Shown here in pieces: positions 1 through 8,987 of a stretch of 53,930 bases of DNA (position 1 is the first letter of the stretch; each line of letters begins with the position of its first letter). The translations under genes were made by a program, and so were the position numbers. The notes under the pieces were generated by a model. It saw nothing but the letters and a program-made list of their open reading frames with translations, was not told the origin of the DNA and searched no databases. The DNA lies in assembly GCA_027317865.1 (NCBI GenBank), contig DAHVQG010000016.1, forward strand, positions 1 to 53,930. Reading direction: 5' to 3'. The stretch comes from Bdellovibrionales bacterium (GTDB lineage Bacteria > Bdellovibrionota > Bdellovibrionia > Bdellovibrionales > UBA1609).

Positions 1-422
1 CACGACTCAGGATTTGAGCAACACTTCTGGGCCAGTGCTTGAGCTTGGTAACACTGATTTTGATTGACCACACGTTGTTGCGCTTGCGAATTGGATTGTT
101 GGTTGTTGCCGCCGCCATTACCCGCGCCCGCAGTTCCGACGTTGGGGTTGCCAGGGGTGGTAGACCCTGACTGGTCGTAGGGGTTCCTGTTATTGGTTGA
201 ACCATGTTGTACATTCTGGGATTCTAGTTCCGAGCATTTTTGTTGAACTTTTGCTGGTAGCTGACTAAGCGGGACGTCCGAGTTTTCACAATCCTTAAGT
301 GTAAGCGACGAAAACTGGCCCGTAGCGGTGACAGTGACTTGCTGAATAGACTGACCGACGGCGAGGTAACTAAAGAGAAAAATTACTAACGAGGCCGTGA
401 GATAACAGTTTTTTAACCCCAT
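1..422 (-). CDS. Secreted Cys-containing, N/Q/G-rich hypothetical protein (3' end beyond window)
   Basis: Translated by hand: MGLKNCYLTASLVIFLFSYLAVGQSIQQ...GAGNGGGNNQQSNSQAQQ...CYQAQALAQKCCSNPES. Open to the window edge, with a GGGGG SD-like run upstream and a signal-peptide-like N-terminus. Not in the ORF track because it is truncated. Confidence 0.75.
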   Translation of the reverse strand, partial: MGLKNCYLTASLVIFLFSYLAVGQSIQQVTVTATGQFSSLTLKDCENSDVPLSQLPAKVQQKCSELESQNVQHGSTNNRNPYDQSGSTTPGNPNVGTAGAGNGGGNNQQSNSQAQQRVVNQNQCYQAQALAQKCCSNPES

Positions 423-467
423 GATAGCCCCCAAATCAGTACAGTTATAGATTAACAGATTTTCGAT

Positions 468-510
468 ATTTCGGCGTGTGATTTCTCAACTTTGTTTCAA
501 ATTGAGACAA
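468..510 (-). promoter_or_regulatory. Sigma28(FliA)-like promoter overlapped by a 19-bp near-palindrome
   Basis: Minus strand CAAAGTTG-N11-GCCGAAAT (494..468) vs consensus TAAAGTTT-N11-GCCGATAA. TTGTTTCAAATTGAGACAA at 492-510 is an inverted repeat with one arm mismatch. Confidence 0.45.
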
Positions 511-516
511 TAGAAG

Positions 517-1425
517 TTATTTATTTGATAAGTAAAAGAAGCGTAGAAATAAATGTCTGATGCCGGCAATGTCGTCTGTGCTCAGGTGCAGGAAATTACC
601 AGCAGACATTACACTTTTGGGTTGATAGTACCAATTTGATACATGGTCGGGGTCGCAATTCAATTTAACGTTGTACGTATCGCAAAGGCCAAACGCATGG
701 CCGAATTCATGCAATAGGTCGCCATAAGATGTGTTATAAACCACTGGCTTACTGGCGTAGCCCCACTGCGGCTGAACAAATCCCGCAATCGTGTCGAAGG
801 ATGTTTGATCCGCCGAAATCATTTTTATAAATCCCCTAAGGGTAAGATTTTTAGAAGCTAAATATTGTTTGACCACATATTGTAAGTCGTAAGTGGGATA
901 GCTGGTGCCGTTGTAAAAGTAGCGATAAGTTGAAATGACAAACGCGTGGTAGTACTCACGAAACCCCGTGTTCCACTCGGCCCAACTGAAACTGGGATCC
1001 TTATCAACTGTGCCCGAGGGCTTGGGGCCAATGGTCACCATTAAATTAAGTTTTGGTGAGAAGCACCTCACCCTACTGATCTCGACGAATCCAGTAATTT
1101 TTTTCACCGCATTTAGCCATTGCCGAAGCGCCATACGAATTTCTATATTTACCGACCTGTAATGGAAGTGCCCAGCCGCTACCGTCTTTCGGTCAAGGCG
1201 AAGACAATAATTAATAGAATGGTGTTCATAAACGGGAAATACAAGATGAGCCTTTTTATGGGGGCCGTTTAGACTCGTCATCATCCCCCACGCCATGGCG
1301 CGGGAGCCGGTCAGGGAACAAATGCACGCGGTCAAGATCGCTAGCGCAAATGCAGTCGCACGAGAGTGAATTTTAGGGATGGTAAATTTGGACAAAGAGA
1401 AAAACCAAACATGTTTTATTGACAT
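517..1425 (-). CDS. Secreted metzincin-type zinc metallopeptidase
   Basis: HEFGHAFGLCD zinc motif (HExxHxxGxxD), downstream Met-turn SVMS, N-terminal hydrophobic signal segment. Confidence 0.75.
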   Translation of the reverse strand: MSIKHVWFFSLSKFTIPKIHSRATAFALAILTACICSLTGSRAMAWGMMTSLNGPHKKAHLVFPVYEHHSINYCLRLDRKTVAAGHFHYRSVNIEIRMALRQWLNAVKKITGFVEISRVRCFSPKLNLMVTIGPKPSGTVDKDPSFSWAEWNTGFREYYHAFVISTYRYFYNGTSYPTYDLQYVVKQYLASKNLTLRGFIKMISADQTSFDTIAGFVQPQWGYASKPVVYNTSYGDLLHEFGHAFGLCDTYNVKLNCDPDHVSNWYYQPKSVMSAGNFLHLSTDDIAGIRHLFLRFFYLSNK

Positions 1426-1431
1426 GGCGAT

Positions 1432-1460
1432 ACTATATCACCACCAATATCTGCGACCAA
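1432..1460 (-). promoter_or_regulatory. Sigma70-type promoter of the metallopeptidase (probably leaderless)
   Basis: TTGGTC-N17-TATAGT with extended -10 TG. The ATG is 6 nt after the -10 and there is no SD. Confidence 0.5.
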
Positions 1461-1714
1461 CCGTTCAACATTAGGTCTGTAAATCTTGATCATTGTGATT
1501 ATTTATTCGTCAGCGTAATCACGGGCCTTCAACAGTAGAACTGTTTAACTTTTAAACGTTGATATAATTATTTTAAAAATTTTCGCCCTAGCAATTCGAC
1601 GGCGGGGATCATACAAAATAAAAAATTTGACGTCCAAAAAAAACTGTCAAAATTCAATCGGTTTTTACTTAAAAGTTCTGTGACCGTCAGAAGGTTGTCG
1701 ACGAGATCGCAATT

Positions 1715-1742
1715 TTGACACCAAAGGCGGCTCCCGCATAAT
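1715..1742 (+). promoter_or_regulatory. Candidate distal sigma70 promoter upstream of nrdA
   Basis: TTGACA-N16-CATAAT. Confidence 0.4.
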
Positions 1743-1933
1743 TTTTGACATTGAATTCAGTATATTTGTCATTGCGGACGCGTCTGAACAGTGCTTATGT
1801 TTTAAGCATGGGCGCCGGTGCTTAGAAACCAGGCAGCAACACTCCGAGTTGATTTCTAACGTACTGAAAATGGAGAGTAAATTTGAACGGTCGATTAACA
1901 TATAGGCAGCTCAAAAATAGCGTTCGTAAGAAT

Positions 1934-1962
1934 TTGACAGAAATTTTTGTGCCTTCTATCGT
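1934..1962 (+). promoter_or_regulatory. Sigma70 promoter of nrdAB
   Basis: TTGACA-N17-TATCGT. SD AAGGAGG at 2017-2023 precedes ATG 2032. Confidence 0.65.
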
Positions 1963-2031
1963 CGTGTGTTAGGGGCCATGCGGGATGGAATGCACAGTAA
2001 GTGCGTTAGAACCGCCAAGGAGGGGTAAATA

Positions 2032-4542
2032 ATGGAAGTAAATGAAACCGTCGACACGACATCTCATATAACACAAGAAGCGTACAACAATATGGACATG
2101 AATATTCACAGTCACGACCCGGCCTATGGGCTTCAGCAAGAACCCGATCCGAATCAACTCGCGTTATCGAAAGAATTCGAATCTGAAGACGAAGCTCCCA
2201 AAATTATGCGGGTTAAAAAACGCGATGGTTCACTTCAACCGGTCGACGTTACGAAAATCGTTAACGTCGTCATCGCGTGTTCAAGCGGCCTTAAAGAAGT
2301 CGATCCGATGCGCGTGGCAACAAAAGTCATCAGCGGTCTTTATGATGGAGCCACAACAAAAGAACTCGACGAACTGTGCATTCAAACAGCGTCGCTGCTC
2401 ATTGGCGAAGAGCCGACCTATTCGAAACTTGCGGCACGTCTTCTAGCCCGCTACATAGACGAAGAAGTTGCTAACCAAAACATTCGCTCGTTTTCAGATT
2501 GTATAAAAAAGGGCTACCAAGCGGGACTCATCTCAAAACAAAAGTATGAGTTCATTCGCGAAAACAAAGAAGCGCTCAATATTATTATCGATCCGACTCG
2601 CACACGAAAATTTGAATATTTTGGGCTGCGGACCGTTTATGACCGCTATCTTTTAAAAGACCCGACTTCGCGCAACGTCATTGAGACGCCGCAATATTTC
2701 TTTTTACGTGTGAGCTGTGGACTTGCGAAAAATTTCGAAGAGGCTAAAGAATTTTACGAACTCATTTCGTCTTTAGATTATTTGCCGAGCTCCCCAACGC
2801 TATTTAATTCAGCAACTGAACGCTCACAACTATCTTCTTGTTATTTGCTCGATTCACCTTCGGATGACCTTGCGGCGATCTATGACAAATATAAAGACGT
2901 CGCATTGTTATCGAAATTCGCCGGCGGCATAGGCATTTCGTTTTCGCGTGTCCGTTCGCGTGGCTCGCTGATTAAGGGTACAAACGGACACTCCAACGGC
3001 CTGGTACCGTGGCTGAAAACCCTCGACTCGTCGGTCGCAGCCGTCAACCAAGGTGGCCGGCGCAAGGGTGCGGCGTGTATCTATCTTGAAACTTGGCATG
3101 CTGACGTCGAAGAATTTTTGCAACTTCGCGATAACACCGGCGATGAAGCGCAACGCACTCACAATTTGAATTTGGCCAATTGGGTACCCGATTTGTTCAT
3201 GAAACGCGTAGAAAGCGATGAAATGTGGTCGCTTTTTGATCCCAAAGATGTCCCTGAATTCGTCGACCTTTACGGCGAAGACTTTGAAAAGGCTTACGTG
3301 ACCGCTGAGCAAGAAAATCGCTTCGTTAAGCGAATCAAGGCGCGCGAATTGTATAGCCGTATGATGAAAACTCTTGCGCAAACCGGTAACGGTTGGATGA
3401 CCTTCAAAGACGCGTGCAACAGAAAGTGCAACCAAACAGCACTGGTCCCGAATGAGGCTGGAGCGGCTGCGATGGCCGGTGCACCGCGCGTCGTACATCT
3501 GTCGAATTTGTGCACTGAAATTTTAGAAGTAACCGGAACCAAAGAAACTGCAGTTTGCAATCTCGGTTCGATCAACTTGAACAATCATTTCATAGACGGA
3601 AGTTTCGATTTCGAGAAATTGGCCTCGACCGTGCGGACGGCGATCAAGTATCTCGATCGCGTCATCGACATCAATTTTTATCCGATTTCGACAGCGAAAG
3701 ATTCAAATCTGAAATGGCGCCCTGTGGGCCTCGGCGTGATGGGTTTGCAAGACGTGTTTTTTCGCCAGCACATTCCATTCGATTCACCTCAGGCGCTCGA
3801 CCTTTCGGCAAGAATCCAAGAGGCCATCTATTACAACGCGCTCAAAACATCGTGCGAGCTTGCCGAACGTCACGGCCAGCACGAAGCTTTTCCGCTGACC
3901 CGCGCGGCACAAGGCGAACTGCAATTTGACAATTGGGGAGTCGTCCCCTCCGACATGGAAAAATGGGAGAAACTGCGCCGAAAAATAAAGAAAATTGGTT
4001 TGCGTAATTCGCTGATGATCGCAATTGCCCCTACGGCGACTATAGCATCTATCACCGGGGTTTACGAAGCGATCGAACCGCAGATTTCAAATTTGTTTAA
4101 ACGCGAAACTCTTTCGGGTGAATTCATTCAAATCAACCGCTACCTCGTGGCCAAACTTAAACAGCTCGGCGTTTGGAGTGAGGAACTTCGCAATCGAATT
4201 AAAGCTAACGAAGGTTCCATTCAAGAAATCGACGAAATTCCGGCCGATGTAAAACTTGTCTATCGAACGGTTTGGGAAATTCCTCAAAAATCGCTGATCG
4301 ATATGGCCGCCGCTCGCGGGCCGTATATTGATCAAAGTCAGAGTCTGAATTTGTTTATGGAGTCGCCCACAATCGGCAAACTCTCAAGCATGTACATGTA
4401 CGCATGGAAGAGCGGCCTCAAAACGACCTATTATTTGCGCTCGCGGCCAGCCACTCGAATCTCCAAAGTAACCACCTATACAGATGCCGAGGCCGTTGCG
4501 TGCTCTCTTGAACATCCCGAAACCTGTGAGGCCTGCCAGTAA
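2032..4542 (+). CDS. nrdA: Ribonucleoside-diphosphate reductase alpha subunit, class Ia, with ATP cone
   Basis: ATP cone VKKRDG, SPTLFN, SSCY, SNLCTEI, CNLGSIN, APTATI, KTTYY, C-terminal CxxC. Confidence 0.97.
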   Translation: MEVNETVDTTSHITQEAYNNMDMNIHSHDPAYGLQQEPDPNQLALSKEFESEDEAPKIMRVKKRDGSLQPVDVTKIVNVVIACSSGLKEVDPMRVATKVISGLYDGATTKELDELCIQTASLLIGEEPTYSKLAARLLARYIDEEVANQNIRSFSDCIKKGYQAGLISKQKYEFIRENKEALNIIIDPTRTRKFEYFGLRTVYDRYLLKDPTSRNVIETPQYFFLRVSCGLAKNFEEAKEFYELISSLDYLPSSPTLFNSATERSQLSSCYLLDSPSDDLAAIYDKYKDVALLSKFAGGIGISFSRVRSRGSLIKGTNGHSNGLVPWLKTLDSSVAAVNQGGRRKGAACIYLETWHADVEEFLQLRDNTGDEAQRTHNLNLANWVPDLFMKRVESDEMWSLFDPKDVPEFVDLYGEDFEKAYVTAEQENRFVKRIKARELYSRMMKTLAQTGNGWMTFKDACNRKCNQTALVPNEAGAAAMAGAPRVVHLSNLCTEILEVTGTKETAVCNLGSINLNNHFIDGSFDFEKLASTVRTAIKYLDRVIDINFYPISTAKDSNLKWRPVGLGVMGLQDVFFRQHIPFDSPQALDLSARIQEAIYYNALKTSCELAERHGQHEAFPLTRAAQGELQFDNWGVVPSDMEKWEKLRRKIKKIGLRNSLMIAIAPTATIASITGVYEAIEPQISNLFKRETLSGEFIQINRYLVAKLKQLGVWSEELRNRIKANEGSIQEIDEIPADVKLVYRTVWEIPQKSLIDMAAARGPYIDQSQSLNLFMESPTIGKLSSMYMYAWKSGLKTTYYLRSRPATRISKVTTYTDAEAVACSLEHPETCEACQ

Positions 4543-4560
4543 CAGTAAGGAGTAAAAAAT

Positions 4561-5559
4561 ATGATTTTAGATCCAGGATTTAATTTAACATTGCGCCCGA
4601 TGAAATACCCCGTGTTCTTTGAAATGTATAAGAACGCGCTTAAAAACAATTGGACGGTGGACGAAGTCGATTTCAGCTCCGACGTAACCGACCTTAAAAT
4701 GAAACTCAATCCGGCCGAGAGATTTCTTATTCAACGTTTGGTCGCATTTTTTGCGACCGGCGATTCGATTGTCAGTAACAATTTGGTATTGAATCTTTAC
4801 AAACACGTCAATTCACCCGAAGCACGGCTTTATCTATCACGCCAACTTTTCGAAGAAGCGCTCCACGTGCAATTTTACCTGACCCTCCTCGACACCTATA
4901 TTCAAGATCCAAATGAACGAGCCGCGGCGTTCGCCGCGATCGATAATATTCCGTCGATTAACAAAAAAGCGCGTTTTTGCTTTAAATGGATGGATTCGAT
5001 TTTTGCACTTGATCAGCTCAATAGCACGGAAGACAAGCGCAAGTTTTTGATGAATCTGATTTGCTTTGCTTCTTGCATCGAAGGTCTCTTCTTCTTCGGC
5101 GCTTTTGCCTACGTTTATTATCTGCGGTCAAAAGGGCTGTTGAGCGGTTTGGCGTCGGGCACGAATTGGGTCTTTCGCGACGAAAGCTGCCACATCAATT
5201 TTGCAATGAAAGTCATCGATACAGCCCGCGAAGAACAGCCAGAATTATTCGACGAACGCATGGCTGAAATGGTGAAAGTAATGATAGAAGAGGCAATTCA
5301 AACCGAACTTGTGTTTGCTCAAGAATTCTTAGATACAGGTCTTCCGGGTCTCAGCCTTCGCGACATGAAAACGTATCTGCAGTTCGTTGGCGATCAGAGA
5401 CTTGACCGGTTGAACATTGCACCGGTTTACAAAGTCAAAAACCCGTTCAGTTTCATGGAGCTTCAAGACACACAAGAACTCACCAACTTTTTCGAACGCC
5501 GTGTATCGGCGTATCAAGTTGGCGTAACGGGTGACGTCAAGTTTGACGAAAGTTTTTAG
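4561..5559 (+). CDS. nrdB: Ribonucleoside-diphosphate reductase beta subunit (class Ia)
   Basis: Metal ligands ATGD, EALH, IEG, DESCH; radical Tyr at H+4 (HVQFY); C-terminal NFFERR..Y. Confidence 0.97.
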   Translation: MILDPGFNLTLRPMKYPVFFEMYKNALKNNWTVDEVDFSSDVTDLKMKLNPAERFLIQRLVAFFATGDSIVSNNLVLNLYKHVNSPEARLYLSRQLFEEALHVQFYLTLLDTYIQDPNERAAAFAAIDNIPSINKKARFCFKWMDSIFALDQLNSTEDKRKFLMNLICFASCIEGLFFFGAFAYVYYLRSKGLLSGLASGTNWVFRDESCHINFAMKVIDTAREEQPELFDERMAEMVKVMIEEAIQTELVFAQEFLDTGLPGLSLRDMKTYLQFVGDQRLDRLNIAPVYKVKNPFSFMELQDTQELTNFFERRVSAYQVGVTGDVKFDESF

Positions 5560-5968
5560 CTGATTTGTGTGATTGCAATTTTTTGAATGCGCTGTGGATG
5601 AAACTACCAACGGTAACCCCAAGAATCCACGCGACGATTTCCATAGCGTAGTCGGATAGAGCCAAAACAGTCAGCGCCACGTACCGGCGGATTCCTGTCA
5701 TATGCACAAAATTCGCCCCCGCTCCCGGCCCAGCTAAACGTGCAAAAGAAAGAAACAAAATGATAACCATTTCACAAATAAGAATGGTTGCGGAATTCAA
5801 ATAGGCGTTACGCGCGTTTTTCGAAAAAATTCCAATTACAAATCCGAACACAAGAGGAGTCACAAGCAAATCTTGGCTATAACCGCCGCTGTAGAGAACG
5901 GCAAAAGCGATACCGATTAATATTAAAACGCCCCGATGGGTCCATTTGTACCTTAGGTAGCGACTCAC
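5537..5968 (-). CDS. Small multi-pass membrane protein, unknown function
   Basis: About 4 hydrophobic segments. Likely GTG start at 5968 overlapping the lgt stop (GTGA), with SD AAGAGG. The longer track ORF (to 6136) lies inside lgt. Confidence 0.6.
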   Translation of the reverse strand: MSRYLRYKWTHRGVLILIGIAFAVLYSGGYSQDLLVTPLVFGFVIGIFSKNARNAYLNSATILICEMVIILFLSFARLAGPGAGANFVHMTGIRRYVALTVLALSDYAMEIVAWILGVTVGSFIHSAFKKLQSHKSAKNFRQT

Positions 5969-7092
5969 GTTGCCTCTTGTGTGTTGTTCGCACCGCCCGG
6001 TTCGCCGCCCTCGCCTGTGACACGATTCCAACCGCCCATAGGTTGGGTCGGCTGTTTCATCACGTAATAGAAATAGGGGATCACAAACGCCAGCATAACG
6101 ATTGAAAGCCACTGCCCGCGGGTCAACCCCAACCACTGATACCCAATACCAAAATCAGGCATACGAAATTCTTCGCCGATAATTCGCATAATCGCATAGA
6201 GAATACCAAACATCGCGGAGATAAACCCCGGTTTACGCGGTTTTCTCCACAGCCATGCTAAAATTAAAAATACGCTTAAACCCTCAAGCAAAGCTTGAAT
6301 AAGTTCTGATGGGTATCGCGGTGTCAAAATTGGGCGCAATGCATGAATGACGGCATGATTGTGATGATACGTGGCATCGACAATCGCTTGTTTAAATGCA
6401 TCAATATTGCGTTGATAGTTGTAATTCGTGAAATTTGTAACCCAATTATTCCATTGCTTTACAGTAACCGAAAGCTTCTGGCCCCATTTTGTCGTGAAGG
6501 TCCCGACGGCATGTGCGGCAGGGCCCAAACTACGAAGCTTATTCAGGTGATTATTTACGCCCCATGTGTAAATCTCAGACGGAAACTTCACGGCGTACCA
6601 TCTCGGCTTGCACGGCCGACCGTACAATTCGCCGTTCATAAAATTGGCGATGCGGCCGAAGAAAATACCAACGCCAGCGCCAAACGTGCATAAATCGATT
6701 AAGTGCGTAACTTTAATTTTATTTTTTCGGCCATACAAATAGCATGCTGTGCAAACGCCGATAATTCCGCCGTGTGAAGCCATCCCGCCTTTGTTTACAG
6801 CTAAAAGCGACCAAAACGGAAAACTGCGGTGAAACGTCACAAAAAGTGAGGGAGCATAAAAGGCCGCATAACCCAGCCGCCCGCCAACGAGAGTTCCGAT
6901 TGCCGCATAGGTAATAAAATCGGCCACTTGCTCGCGTTTCATTTGTATGGTCCCGCGCTTGGCCATCAAATCAATGAAATAGTAGGCGAGAAAAAATCCG
7001 GTCAAATACGCAAGCCCGTAATAACGTATCCCAATTGTATGGGTAAACTGAATCAGAAATGGTGAAACATCGTGCACCCAAGGAGTTTTCAT
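5965..7092 (-). CDS. lgt: Prolipoprotein diacylglyceryl transferase
   Basis: RYYG, GGRLGY, MASHGG, GRIANFMNGELYGR, RIIGEEFR, GQWLS motifs; large soluble insertion. Confidence 0.95.
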   Translation of the reverse strand: MKTPWVHDVSPFLIQFTHTIGIRYYGLAYLTGFFLAYYFIDLMAKRGTIQMKREQVADFITYAAIGTLVGGRLGYAAFYAPSLFVTFHRSFPFWSLLAVNKGGMASHGGIIGVCTACYLYGRKNKIKVTHLIDLCTFGAGVGIFFGRIANFMNGELYGRPCKPRWYAVKFPSEIYTWGVNNHLNKLRSLGPAAHAVGTFTTKWGQKLSVTVKQWNNWVTNFTNYNYQRNIDAFKQAIVDATYHHNHAVIHALRPILTPRYPSELIQALLEGLSVFLILAWLWRKPRKPGFISAMFGILYAIMRIIGEEFRMPDFGIGYQWLGLTRGQWLSIVMLAFVIPYFYYVMKQPTQPMGGWNRVTGEGGEPGGANNTQEAT

Positions 7093-7208
7093 AATTGCCT
7101 CATCTCGATTGTGTTCTCGCTTACATGCGTCAGTTCAACTTCAACTATAATCTCGTAGCTATAACATTTTGATTTTTTGGTCTAGGTATGACAAGAGAAA
7201 ACTGACTT

Positions 7209-7829
7209 ATGAAGATCATTCTCGCATCTACGTCACGTTATCGCGCTCAACAGCTACGCAATATGGGTCTGTCTTTCGGAACCTGCGCGCCACAGTTTGA
7301 CGAAGAAGCTTACAAAGCGAAGTCAAGACTCGCGCCACGACTACTGTCTCAGCGTTTAGCCAGTGAAAAAGCGCGCAGCGTATATTTAAATCGCATAAAA
7401 TCTCAGCCGGCCAGTAAAACCGACTTAGTCGTAATCGGGGCCGACCAGCTTGTTTGTTTAGGTAAAACAGTACTCGGCAAACCGCACAGTTCAAAAAACG
7501 CCGTTAAAATGTTAACGAAAATGCAAGGTCGCAAGCACCAATTGATCACCAGCATCTGCGTGATGGGTCCCAATAATAAAACTTTCGAATACACGGACAT
7601 TGTCGAAATTAAAATGCGGGCGCTTACGGGCGATCAAATCCGTCAATATATTGATCGAGACCGTCCATTTGATTGTGCCGGTAGTTATCGATTCGAAAAG
7701 GGCGGTCTCACACTTGTGCAGAGCCTTAAAATTCAAGACCCCTCGAGTCTTATCGGGTTACCGCTAATCGCATTAACTGATATACTTTTACGGTTTGGTT
7801 CGATTCCGTTTCGTAAGGGAGCAAAATGA
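7209..7829 (+). CDS. maf: Maf-family nucleoside triphosphate pyrophosphatase (YceF-like)
   Basis: IILASTSRYR, GADQ, LGKP, CAGSY, GLPL. Confidence 0.92.
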   Translation: MKIILASTSRYRAQQLRNMGLSFGTCAPQFDEEAYKAKSRLAPRLLSQRLASEKARSVYLNRIKSQPASKTDLVVIGADQLVCLGKTVLGKPHSSKNAVKMLTKMQGRKHQLITSICVMGPNNKTFEYTDIVEIKMRALTGDQIRQYIDRDRPFDCAGSYRFEKGGLTLVQSLKIQDPSSLIGLPLIALTDILLRFGSIPFRKGAK

Positions 7830-8845
7830 TGAAAAATCGTGACTTTTCGCTATTGCTTCGGCCGCGCCGATTACGGCGCTCAAAAGCTATTCGCCAGTTG
7901 GTTGCTGAAACCTCGCTTGATCCCGGGCAATTCGTATTACCGGTTTTTGTAACCGAAGGCCACGCTCAACGCGAACCAATCTCGACAATGCCAGGACAAT
8001 TCCGTTACTCCATTGATGAATTGCTCAAACTGGCACTCGAAGCGCGAGATCTGGGCGTCCGGTCGTTTGCTTTGTTTCCGCAAATTGAAGAAAACAAAAA
8101 AGATTCATTTGCAAAAGAATCCACCAACCCTGACGGCCTCTTGCAACGGGCTGTAAAAGAACTCAAAAATAAATTGCCCGATAGCTGCATCATTACCGAC
8201 GTGGCGATGGATCCTTATTCATCTGATGGTCATGACGGAGTAGTAGTTAAAAATCAGTTGGGCCAGTCGACTAATTACTTGATCGACAACGATGCAACCC
8301 TTGAAATTCTAGGCGCAATGGCTCTCGTCCAAGCACGCGCAGGTGCCGATTTTGTCGCACCTTCGGACATGATGGACGGGCGTGTCGGCCACATTCGAAA
8401 AATTCTCGATGCCGACGGGTTCACCGACGTCGGAATCATTTCATATGCCGCCAAATACGCTTCGAGTTTTTATGGACCTTTTCGTGACGCTTTAGGGTCG
8501 GCGCCGAAAGAAGGCGATAAAAAAACCTATCAAATGGATTATCGGAATCAGCGAGAGGCATTGCACGAAGTACGCCTAGACGTCGCTGAAGGTGCCGACA
8601 TCATAATGGTAAAGCCGGCACTCGCCTACCTTGATGTGATCAGCCGGGTCGCGGCAAATTCACCTGTGCCTGTTGCGGCATACAATGTGAGTGGCGAATA
8701 TTCGATGCTAAAATTGGCGGCCCAAAACGGACTTATCGATGAGTCCGCCGGAATGCTTGAAATATTGACGGCAATTGCGCGTGCCGGTGCCAAAATTATT
8801 TTTACCTACCATGCGCTAGAAGCCGCAAGGTTGCTTCGTCGCTGA
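7826..8845 (+). CDS. hemB: Porphobilinogen synthase, Asp-type (Zn-independent) active site
   Basis: RPRRLR, DVAMDPYSSDGHDG, APSDMMDGR, FYGPFRDA, MVKP, AYNVSGEY. Confidence 0.97.
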   Translation: MMKNRDFSLLLRPRRLRRSKAIRQLVAETSLDPGQFVLPVFVTEGHAQREPISTMPGQFRYSIDELLKLALEARDLGVRSFALFPQIEENKKDSFAKESTNPDGLLQRAVKELKNKLPDSCIITDVAMDPYSSDGHDGVVVKNQLGQSTNYLIDNDATLEILGAMALVQARAGADFVAPSDMMDGRVGHIRKILDADGFTDVGIISYAAKYASSFYGPFRDALGSAPKEGDKKTYQMDYRNQREALHEVRLDVAEGADIIMVKPALAYLDVISRVAANSPVPVAAYNVSGEYSMLKLAAQNGLIDESAGMLEILTAIARAGAKIIFTYHALEAARLLRR

Positions 8846-8953
8846 AATGAAATTGCCTCGTTGCCAATTTGAAGACGTATTGGGTTGAGACATTCAGTTT
8901 GATACGCTGCCGCTTGGCGGGTCAAATTCTGACAAAAATTAGACAAAAAATGC

Positions 8954-8981
8954 TCAAGTACACTGGACCAGTGTCCGATAG
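8954..8981 (+). promoter_or_regulatory. Sigma28-like promoter upstream of the HD-GYP gene
   Basis: TCAAG-N15-TCCGATAG ending 6 nt before the ATG at 8988; no SD. Confidence 0.45.
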
Positions 8982-8987
8982 ATTTAT

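Noticed and set aside
1428..1456. Possible NrdR boxes (ACTATATC, CCAATATCTG)
   Set aside because: Only half-matches, about 580 bp from nrdA, and better explained as the metallopeptidase promoter.
1665..2030. 78-aa minus ORF or cobalamin riboswitch upstream of nrdA
   Set aside because: The ORF has no SD or protein-like features, and no B12-box or GGGAA core motifs were found.
4561..5559. Class Ic (Mn/Fe) or other unusual RNR beta subunit
   Set aside because: The first ligand is Asp and the radical Tyr is present, consistent with class Ia.
7145..7170. Zur-like box TATAACATTT between lgt and maf
   Set aside because: Only one half-site in AT-rich promoter DNA.
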